The notes beneath the pieces were generated by a model. The model searched no databases. It was not told the origin of the DNA and saw only the letters and a list, made by a program, of their open reading frames with translations. 35,497 nucleotides of DNA from Dimargaris cristalligena. Its lineage: Eukaryota. Made by a program: the position numbers and the translations under genes. This document shows, in pieces, positions 1 to 10,007 of the stretch (position 1 is its first letter; every line of letters begins with the position of its first letter). Where the stretch lies: positions 1 through 35,497 of the forward strand of contig ML002379.1 of the NCBI GenBank assembly GCA_003614675.1, read 5' to 3'.

Positions 1-73
1 TAAACATCCCACCAATTTTCCCATACACATATCGGTTAAACCCTTATACAACCAAGCTGAACTTTACCCATAT
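1..73. repeat. Direct repeat copy 1 (copy 2 at 1937-2009); may extend left of the window
   Basis: 1-73 aligns ungapped to 1937-2009 with 5 mismatches, including the identical core catatcggttaaacccttatacaaccaagctgaactt. Confidence 0.9.
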
Positions 74-647
74 AAAAAAAGGGGGTTTTATTGAGACATA
101 AAGGGTTCGCGGAATTGCGTGTAATTTTCTAGCTTACAACTCGTGTTCCCTAGTCAGATTGACTCTGGGGTGGTAATAACCCTGTTCGCCAATTGCAGGG
201 CAGAGAGGGGGTGAACTGGCCATATATGGGCGGGGGACATTCCCATTGTAGTTCCGAGTGGACCAGCGGCTGCAATGGAATAGTATCGATGACGGACTAG
301 GGAGACGAGGGGTTAGGGTTAGTTTGGCCTAAGGAAGAGCCGCCCACGCTTAAGCGCATGCGCAGGTAACGCAGTCTTACCACGAAACCAGCTCTCGGAA
401 TTCGCATACCACGCCTGTCTCTCCCAAGTTCGGACAAGGGTCTTTAGAGGGAGAGATGCCTTACGTGCAGCGTAAGGGTTTGGCAAAGGGTGGACAGGTG
501 TGACCATGGCCGTTAATAAGTAACACATGGGTATACTGCGCATATCCTCAACAGCTCCGTCCGTTTCAGCAGTAGGAAAGAGCCAACCCGCTTCTTTAAT
601 ATAATACAATACCATACCAATGGAATGGTGTATAGGCCGTTGGCCCG

Positions 648-654
648 TATAAAA
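648..654 (+). promoter_or_regulatory. TATA box candidate for the 783-1157 gene
   Basis: TATAAAA about 130 nt upstream of the ATG, followed by a pyrimidine-rich leader. Confidence 0.5.
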
Positions 655-782
655 GCCCAGCCCTGCGGCAGGGAAGGTGGCATATACATCGTCTTCGTGA
701 TATTCGCTTCCCTTGATTACAACTTATACACTACATCCCCTCTCAATTCGCACTAACATTCTTTTCTAGCCCTCTAGCCACC

Positions 783-1157
783 ATGAAGCTGAACGCCGTT
801 TTCATTGTCGGATTGACCACCCTGGCCGTAGCGATGGGTGTGCCCCTTCCCCTTCACTATCCCCAAACCTCCCAGGCGTGGACGAATCTGCGCCAGAGCG
901 GCACCCAGTTTCTCCATTCGCTGGGGCGCCTACCCGTTGCCCTTGCCCACGACTCAAGCAATGCTTTTCGCGCAAAGCAGCGAAGCTCCCAGGCCGCTTG
1001 GCAAGCTAGGGAGCGGCGCATCAACATAGCCGTACAGAATAAGAAACAGGCGGTGCGTAACGAAGTCCACCAATTCACCAACAATGCCGCCACCTCCCTT
1101 GATCGAATCAGTGAGTATCTGCGAGCCAAGGCGGCCCCCCTCTCGCACGCTCAGTAA
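783..1157 (+). CDS. Small secreted protein, 124 aa, unknown function
   Basis: ATG in strong context (ccaccATG). Signal-peptide-like N-terminus MKLNAVFIVGLTTLAVAMG. Cys-free, Ala/Gln/Arg-rich mature region. Upstream TATA and AT-rich 3' flank. Confidence 0.8.
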   Translation: MKLNAVFIVGLTTLAVAMGVPLPLHYPQTSQAWTNLRQSGTQFLHSLGRLPVALAHDSSNAFRAKQRSSQAAWQARERRINIAVQNKKQAVRNEVHQFTNNAATSLDRISEYLRAKAAPLSHAQ

Positions 1158-1936
1158 CCGCTTAGTACCCTAACATTTCACCCTTGGTTATCGTCTGGTC
1201 TTGTGCGAAGGTCCCAGTAAAGTAGTTAGTGTATTCCCGGGCATAGTGGTTAGTGATTTTTTTAGCCGGCGAGATGATTATATCCATTGTATTTATTATA
1301 GTTATAAAGTAAATTGTATAAACCATATTGGTAGGCTTGTATCCAGCGGATTAAGTTGTGCTAAATTTAAACCGGAATTCGACTTGCCAATAGGCCACAC
1401 CCACTTGGTGGTATATGTGCAAAAGCTGGGCTGGCGAAGAGTGGGAAGAAGCACCCCCCACACTGCAGATGGTATGGGAGGGCCGCCAAAGGGGTGGCAG
1501 ATGAGTCATGTGGAGTGGGTTGGACGGTTCTGTCCAAAGAAATAGGAAGGGGGTCTATTTAAAAGGTGCCAACATCGCCGAGTAGCCAGCAGCGAAAGTG
1601 CAATGGTACCAATTGAACATTATATTTCTGACCTTGGAAAAAATGTGACAAGAGGTCCCAAATAGGCTTCCAAGGGCCACTGTAGAATAGTCGGCATTCG
1701 GCGGATGAAACCCGCACCGTAGCCACCCCGATTATCGGGAATGGTTCGGGCTAATGGTCCGGAAAATAGTCAAACCTGGCAGTAATGTATTGCTGCAAAG
1801 TGTAGGATGGGGGAAGGTCTCATTTTAATCGATTTAATTAGTACTGACCATTTCCAAATATTTATATATGGGAGTAATTCAACAAGGCTGTATAACAAAA
1901 AATCCATTTGATAAGGCAAATACTACTGGTTGAAAA

Positions 1937-2009
1937 TAAACATACCACCGATTTCCCCATACGCATATCGGTTAAACCCTTATACAACCAAGCTGAACTT
2001 CACCCATAT
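1937..2009. repeat. Direct repeat copy 2 of 1-73
   Basis: 68 of 73 positions identical to 1-73, same orientation. Confidence 0.9.
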
Positions 2010-2764
2010 GTATAACTTATTATGGGATGGGCGATACCACTGGCTCGTCGCATGATTTGGACATCACTACTAAAACCACAAGGGAAAAGCAAACCAACTG
2101 CAACGGGGTTTGGAGTGGCGGCAGAGGTCATCAATGATGAGGAAGCCTTCGCTGATGACCATGTGGACACCTTCCACATCAATCCCCTTAGCTTTGCAAC
2201 TGGGTGTATTTAAACCCGCCGAATTTGTGCCTGAAACGGGGAGCGCAGTCTTGCACACAAATTTGAGATATTTATTGGTCGTTAACGAATTAAAATTACT
2301 TTAATAACCAGGCACCAGCCGCTTATATTTTATAGAGGGACCAATGAGGGCGAAGTCATCAGTAGCCCTGGTTCTCTGAGTATGCCTATTTCGGCTTAAA
2401 AAGGGATTTATTTGATATGTTCATAAACTATTACTCGTTCTTTTTAAATTATGTTCCGCTCCAAACAATGCCGCCCTACTTCACTAATATAGTCAGCTCC
2501 CTCGCCGCCAACCTCCCGGCCTCGATCCCCTATAAACTAGTTGTTTGGACCAGCCTCGCCGTCCCGGTCTGGGCCCCCTCAACCCGGTAGGACCACGCTG
2601 AATCCTCCCGGAACCCCGGGCCGCGTTACTCACTACACAAGTCATACCATGGATAAATCCCCCGCCCTGCTAGATAGAAACCGTGAATATAAAGGTCCAA
2701 GCACATTGAAATAAAGGTAGCCATGCTAATAAATGCCACTACTGAGTCTGAACGAACCCCGGGT

Positions 2765-4137
2765 CTAAAGCTGGGGCTTCAGGGGGGACCCATTAGGGAC
2801 AAAGGCCATTGCGTGCGTAAGAAACAGGGCCAGGTGGGATGCCACTAAAGCCGGACGTTCCATGAGTAGTAAATGGCCCGAACCCTTAATAATGTAGACA
2901 TCAGCTCGGATGCTGGCATTGGCATGGGCCTGGCCGAATTGCTCGTTAGGGCATATGGTGGACTCCTCCCCCATCAGATACCGCAGGGGGCATCCAATCT
3001 CGACCAAGCGAGACAAGAGCCAGACTGCATCCCGGAAACCCCCCTGGAAGACTTCATACTCGTCCTTGGGGTGGCACTTCAGCTGCCACGCCTCGGTTCC
3101 GGGTACTGAGGTGAGACCGTGCTGGACATGCAGGGCCTGCACGCGCGGGTCCCAGTCCCGAAAGAAGGGGTGTCGGGTGAAGTACGTGTGGGCCTCCGCA
3201 ATGTCCCGCCACTGAGCCTTGCGAGACAGGACTCGCTCAAAGCTGGTTTCCAGGAATCGAGGTCCGGCAAAGGCAATGACTGGCTCCACCGGCAAGAGTG
3301 CGGCAAAGGTGCCCGGCTTAACGATCTCCGTGAGAAGACTGCGCATGGGCCATATTAAATTGATTAGAATGATTACATGCAGATTTTACCCAAATTACTA
3401 AAGAAGCCGCAGTGATATCCATGCTTGCACAGGGATTAGGCCAAAAAAGACCAGCCCGGAGCACCCATCTCGGCGACTTGAGGTGGTGTTCAACTAGAAC
3501 GGGGCACTTACAGAGATGAGGCACCGTAGGAATGACCGACTCCGATAAGCGCGGTATCAATGGACAGTTGTTGAATTAGGGCCAGGATATCGCGGGTGTT
3601 GTCCAGCCACGAAGCTAATCGGTGCACCATTATTATAAGAATAGATGATTGTCAATAGAGTGACGTAAAAAAATCATTAAGTTAAATGGATATGGGATGG
3701 GAATATGCCCCTCCTATTGATCTACCGCCCACATCCCTGGGCATACACTGGTCAAATTTAATTCACGTACTTTTTTGCTGTAAGTGGGAGCGGTTGAGAG
3801 CGGCACTGTCGCCGTGACACCAGCCATCAAATGCAATAATTCGAGCAATATGCCACGACCGGGGGTGATCGGTAGCGGTCTTGGAAGACCCCCAGTAGAT
3901 ATTGGAGATGTGGGTACTTGGCTGGGGCGGGTTCAGTACCTCGTCCGCACTGGAAAGGGGCAGCTCTTCCAGAAGCGGCTCCCAAAGTTCCTTGTGAAAG
4001 CCGGTGGCGTGGGCTAGCAAAAGAGTAACGGGTCGGCCGGTGGGCGAGGGGCCTTGGGGAAAAAACTGCTTAACCGCCAGGCTCTGTCCTGGGCGAGCAC
4101 CCTGGACCACCTGGTGCGTAATGCGGTAACGGTCCAT
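2765..4137 (-). CDS. Alpha/beta-fold hydrolase (Abhydrolase_6/Lpx1-like), 3 exons, 347 aa
   Basis: Exons 4137-3771, 3614-3512 and 3338-2765 join in frame at GT..AG sites. Motifs: LLLAHATGFHKELWEP, nucleophile elbow GVGHSYGAS in exon 2 (absent from the ORF track), catalytic His region GSGHLLLMERP. Confidence 0.9.
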
Positions 4138-4716
4138 GGAAAGGGGAAGTCCAAGGTAAGGTGGAGGACTAAGTAGCGTTTCGTCAATTGATGGGTGAGG
4201 GTACACTAGGCAGGCGTTGCAGGTAAGGAAGGAATGGCAGACGATGTACTGGGCTGAATGCGCTATTCCTATATGGTGAATGTAAGTGACTATCCTTTAC
4301 TCCGAGTAAAAGCAGGCACGTGTGAATCACTTACTCCTAGTAAACCAACGCATGTCAATAATACATACTACATACCGCCCCGGCGGGGAAGTAGTATGGG
4401 AGGAACAAAGAAGATAACCTCCTCTCCTAAACCAATTGGCGCGCCTGGGCCATACTACTGCTGAAAATATCCCCCTCCACGGGACTATTGTACCCCGCTT
4501 CCTACCCAATCACAATAGACTTGTAGGCAATCAATATAATCCGATGGTCCCTCCAACAGCAAGGGCCCATGTCATGGTCAAGTTGGCCTGCAATAGTAAT
4601 AAAAAAACACCCTTTATTTCACATGATGACATGGTGTTTATAATCTACCCCATCGTCAGCAAGCACCAATTACGCCCCTTGATATCCCCTGCCCGACCTA
4701 CATGTAGGGCCTGGCT

Positions 4717-6863
4717 CTAATGAAGAAGGCGGGGTTCCTCGTCCTCATCGGGGTGATGCCGGTGGCTGTTCGACATGGTCCCAGCGGGTGGACTCGGGGT
4801 CCGCGTCAGAAGCGGTTTGATGAACCTATCATCAATAGATTGGATCCAGGCCTGCGCATCGTTCACCACAGGGGGTGCGTCGCTTGGGCCAGTCTGGGAA
4901 GGCACCATGGGGATACTCGTTTGGTGTAAAGAGGTTTCCACCGTATGGGCCCCGTCGGTGGAGGGCGGTGGCTGCTGGAATTCACCCCAGCGGGTGGCCG
5001 GGGACGGGTCCCTGTCGTCGAGGCTAGCTCGGCTCACTTCGCTGTCACTATAGGCGTCGTCGGGGGTCCGGAGTAGGCGGGCCTGGGCGGATGATCGTGG
5101 GGCGGGCGTGGGTTCAACGCCGGTCGGGATGTTCAGGGCCCGGATCACGGTCGGAATAGTCCCCCCGAAACCCACGACGCTCACCACCACTACCACCAGT
5201 ACCATGGCCCGGATCACATGGCCACTATGGCCCGGGATGTCCCCGGCCAGGGCAAAGGCCACCGCCCCGCGCAGCCCGGCCCAGAAAAGCATGGTCTGGT
5301 GCTCATAGGTAACGCACTTGGTCTGGCCCCAGATCCGGACGGTCACGTAGTTGAGTAGCCGGGAGAGGGGGAACACGGATACAAACCGGGCAATCACCAT
5401 AACCAGCACCATGTAGACAATAAACACGGGCTTGTAAATGGCCTCCATGTTGGTGAAGAGGGTGATACCCAAATAAAGGAAGATGAAGTTCTCGGACAGC
5501 TGGGACAGTACGTGGAACATGTCGTGCAGCGTGTCCCGAGTGCCGCGGGACATGTTATCAAACGCATAGTGTTTGAGGGCCATGCCGCAGAAAAGCAGGG
5601 ACACAATGCCCGACATGTGGATACCATTGGAGATGAAGTAGGTGTTGTAGGCCATCACGGTAATGAAGCAGATTTCCAGGTGGCGGTAGCGGTGCAGCTG
5701 GGTCATTTTAAGGACGAGGGCGCAGAGGGCCCCGCTGAGTAGGCCGAGGACCAGGGAGACGGTAAACACCAGGAAGAACAGGCCAATGATTTGAACCATG
5801 TTACCCATGTGCATGGAATGGCCCCGGAAGCGCTTGTAGGATTCGTACAGGACAATGGATACGGCGTCATTGAGCATGCTTTCGCCAAAGATGATGGTAT
5901 ACAGGCGGGGCTCGACCTTGAGTTGGTTGAAGATGGCCAGGACCGTGACCGGATCCGTGGAGGACAGGATAGCCCCGACCATAAGGCATTCGAGGAAACT
6001 CAGGGAGAGATTCTCCAGGCCAGTGACAGAGTACAGATAGGCCAAAACACTACATATCGGGGGAATAGCGAAGCCGTCGAACAACAATGGCAGCAATGTC
6101 AACGAAAGGAATTAGAGACCCCGTGGTAGAGGTAGGGTGCGGCAAATGGTGGGCATTGCAGGATCGGGCATAGTCAGGGATACTTACCCGGTAAACATCG
6201 CACTGATGAAGGTTCCCACAAAGGCAAAGGCGAATATCGGCACGGCCAGGCTAAAGAAATCTTTCTGGAGAGATGGGTAGGATAATCATTACCATCGCCA
6301 TTATCATAATAATAACAACAATAACGGTTGGCTATAGAGGGTTAGTATAGGGGCAAATAAATACAGAAAGAGAGGACCAAGGAAGATTCGGAAGGATGCA
6401 GGATTTACCTTGTTCAGAGAATAGCCACAGTTTAAAATGATAGGTGGTAGTAGCATGTTGAAGAAGTAGGTGTGGTCAAAGGTCACCATATCCCGGATAT
6501 GGTATAAATTGGCGACGCGGATAAACAGGCCAACCAGCATCCCTGTGAGTGGACGGAACCCCAGACCAGGCAAGATATTATGTAAATACATTAAGTTGAA
6601 AGGTTAGTTTGGAGGCTGTAGGTATATGAGTGTGTGGGCGGACCAGCCCAACGAGTCGAGATGGAGTACAGACTAGAATACTTACCGGCTAGCAGGGCGA
6701 CCACGGATTCGTGGATGACCTGGATTTTACGCCGCTGCAGGAAGTAGCTTAGTAATAAGGAGCAGGCCATCAGAGTGAGCAGCAGAAATAGGGCCCAGCT
6801 GGAATACAATTCCTTTCCCTCCTCGTCATTCTGGCGGCGAACTACAGCCTGTAGTGGGTCCAT
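4717..6863 (-). CDS. NHX1: Endosomal Na+(K+)/H+ exchanger (CPA1 family), 4 exons, 573 aa
   Basis: Exons 6863-6686, 6542-6409, 6264-6188, 6049-4717 are in frame. Motifs IHESVVALLAG, FFNMLLPPIILNCGY, SSTDPVTVLAIF, FGESMLNDAVSIV, WAGLRGAVAFALA; many TM segments. Confidence 0.95.
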
Positions 6864-7582
6864 GGTATACAATGGGGTTCAATAGAAAAGGAGAATATAG
6901 ACACAATTTACAAGGAAACTAAATGAAATGAAAAGGGCATAATAGGGCAATAATAGGTGGTGCTGGGGCGCATTCATGCTGACAGAGCTGGAAAATAATA
7001 AGTGAAGCGGATGGGTCACGCATAGAGGGATGTATGCGCCAAGTCTCTTCCCCGTTTCATTACTACGGCCAGGGTGAGTGGGATGACGTGTGGGATTTGG
7101 CCAGGGTTGCTCTATTAAACAAGGCGGGGAGATTGGCCCGTCTAATAAAGTCATGTTCAATCAAAAGAGGACTTGTTAGGGTTAATGGGGACCGAATGAA
7201 TCAAGGTTGTCCTGGCCCCAAAGATTCAGTAACGCGTTAGCCGGCCACGCGTGGTGTGGAGAAAGATCATGGCAATGTTCCCCGGCCGAGTGAGCTTGGG
7301 CCGACTGATCGACCTGGAAGGGCCCGACGCGTTCGGCCGCCGCTGATTGGCTGCGGAGTTTGTTTTTATTGTGTATGCTTGTGAGGGTATATGCATTCCA
7401 ACTACCCTTGCCTGGGTAGGCGCTTCCCATAAATAAATCCTGCCGGCCTCCCTGCCCGCTTCGGTTGGTTAAACTCCTGTATTTCTTACCTTCCCTTCAG
7501 TAGCCTCACTAGTACTCTCCGCACACTATCCCCTGTATTGTCTGGTCCTTTTCTTCCGCACACCCACCCACACTTCTTACCC

Positions 7583-9164
7583 ATGGTCGTCATCCTCGCC
7601 CCCAAGCCACAAATGCTGGTTCTCGTCGGCTTGCCCGGCAGTGGCAAGACCGCCTTCTCCACCCTGCTCTGTTCCTTGGACAAGGTAAGCTTATGAGCGT
7701 CTTCTCTTTGCCCTAGTCAAGACCCCGCCCCCCCTGGTGGTGCTGCTCATTCACCCCTCCCGACTCTAACCCCCCTCCTGCCACTTTCACTTGTATGCGA
7801 ATCTTATCGTCCACTTCCCCACCCACTCCGAGTAGTCCTGGGTCCGAGTCAACCAGGAGGAGGTGGGGTCCCGCTCAGCCTGCGAGGCCATAGCCGCCAA
7901 GGCCCTCAAAGAAAACAAAAACATCGTCGTCGATCGCTGTAACTTTGACGAAAGCCAACGGAAAACCTGGGTAAGCCTCGGTGAACAGGCCGGTATACCC
8001 GTCGATGCCTTATTCTTTGATATTCCCACCAAGGTGTGCCAGGATCGTGTGCTGAAACGCTCGGGCCACCCCGCCGGGGTCGAGGGCAAGTTCGGGGCGA
8101 GCGTGGTGACCCGGTTCGAGTCCATCCTGACTCGTCCCACTGTGTACGAAGGTCTGCGGATGATCCACAACATCGGCACCCATCTGCCCAACCGCCCCAA
8201 GGTTGAGGAAGTATATACCAAGGAAACCATGATTAGCATCATGCGCCTGTTCCCGCCAGCCAAAGCCCCGGCCCCCGCCAAACCTGCTTCCAAGCCGGCC
8301 GGCAAGCCCGCCACCCCCGGCGGTAACCCCAAGCCCGACGAGGATGCGGAGAAGAAGAAGAAGGCCGAGGCTGTCATTTCCCACTTTGGCCACGATCACG
8401 GCCATCCCCACCACCATTTCCACCACTCTTGGCAGCACCCTCACGCCGCGGCCGGTAGTCCGCCGCCTTCCCCGCCGTTTGGTGCCCCCGCTGGCCCCAA
8501 AAACATCAGTGTCCTGGCCAAGCCCATCGAGGGCCACGGTACCTTCAAGGAAAGCAAGGGTGTCTGGGAGGATGAAAACAACAACAAGCACTACAACCAC
8601 AGTCTGTACAATGAACACGCCGAGCAGGAGGCCGATGGCAGCAAACACCTCGATCGCCATACCCGCCATCTGCAGCACAGCGACCATATCAGCAACCCCA
8701 TCGCCGGGTTCCAGCGTGCCTTTGACCACCTAACATTTGACCGCCAGGAGGAGGGCCACGAGCTGGGCAAGGACGGCAAAAAGTCCCACTTTTCGGACAA
8801 GTCGCACTTCTACCACCAGAGCGAGCATGAGGAGGACGCCAAAAAGGGCACCATGAAATCCTACGAGCACAAGCACGTCAACAACATGCGCCATATCCAT
8901 AGCGATAAGCCCGACCGTAGTCGCATGGAGGGTTTCGAACACCGCTCGTTCAACTACGCTTACAAGGGCGACGAGTTCGAGCCGTCGTGCATCATGGACA
9001 ACTCGTATGGGGGCAAGTCCAAATTCGACGACGAGATCAAGGCCAGCTTCCACAACCTACCGGCCCAGGAACACTATTCGTTCGGCCAGAAGATTTCGTG
9101 GGAGGGTGGTCTGCCCCCCAAGCCCAAGATGCCCGGGGTGAGTTTTATGCACCCACCCAAATAA
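7583..9164 (+). CDS. P-loop nucleotide/polynucleotide kinase-like (AAA_33-type) domain fused to a His-rich C-terminal domain, 2 exons, 476 aa
   Basis: Exon 1 (7583-7684) encodes MVVILAPKPQMLVLVGLPGSGKT (Walker A). Intron 7685-7835 (GTAAGC..TAG). Exon 2 (7836-9164) has WVRVNQEEVG, IVVDRCNFDESQRKTW and CQDRVLKRSGHP, then a Pro/Ala/Lys linker and a His-rich tail. Confidence 0.88.
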
Positions 9165-9205
9165 ACGCCCCTGACCCACCTACTTCCCCACTTTTTTATA
9201 TAACG

Positions 9206-9232
9206 TATATATATAGATATATATATATATAT
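9206..9232. repeat. (TA)n microsatellite, imperfect
   Basis: tatatatatagatatatatatatatat, just 3' of the kinase gene. Confidence 0.8.
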
Positions 9233-10007
9233 TTACATATTCTCCGCCTTTTTCTTTTGTTATTAATGGTTTTTGTTTTCTGCACCATGGTCTTGGCCCG
9301 CATTCCTCCATGTCCCTGATTGGCACGACTTCGTTTGATGATTACTTTGATCACCCCCCTCCATTATTCTATTCTATGATATCCGAATTCTTTTGCTACG
9401 TTTTCACGACTGTTCACCTTTTCTTTCCTTCCGATTCTTCCCCTCGCGGTGCTCCTATAATCGCACCCCCCTATCTTTATTATAGGTATGGACAGTGCTG
9501 GGTTGAATTCCCCCGCACTTGCCGCCGGCCACGCCAGCCGGTTTCCTAATAAATCATTACCCACTCAGTGCCGCCATTTGGGAGAATCTGGCCTGCGTCA
9601 AATGAATTGTGTCAACACACACCCCGTTGCATATGGTGTCCTGCGCGGTGGGATTCGTGCATTGTGCTTGGAGGGATAGGGCTTACAACTGAATACTTGT
9701 CATATCCCACTGGCCAATGGCGTGGGTATGACTAAGCCAGGTAGGTAAGTAGATTGGTGTAAAGGGGGAAAAGGGCTGCTTTTACTGTTTTACCCGCTCA
9801 ATAGAGGCGCTTCATCACCACCACCACCACCGTACCTTCAAAGGGGAAGTAGACCGTAGTAGCAGAAGCCCTCTCCGAGCAGCGACCCCTGCCGCTGCTG
9901 CAATTTACCCTCTCCCCACCGTTGCTGCCTACCCTTATTGTGCCCCACCACATTCCCATTGGGTTCCTTGGCCCCTTTGTCTGTCTCCATTTTATTTATT
10001 TATTCAG

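Noticed and set aside
310-322. TTAGGG-like doublets here, at 16431-16441 and at 33981-33990
   Set aside because: At most two units each. The 33981 copy is simply the CTAAC branch point of a CBS intron. Not telomeric arrays, and no telomerase-RNA context.
319-615. 98-aa minus-strand ORF
   Set aside because: Lies in the promoter region of the secreted-protein gene; no motif or splice support.
7787-9053. Long antisense ORFs (196, 239 and 107 aa) over the kinase gene
   Set aside because: Expected shadows of a GC3-biased sense gene; they translate to implausible sequence.
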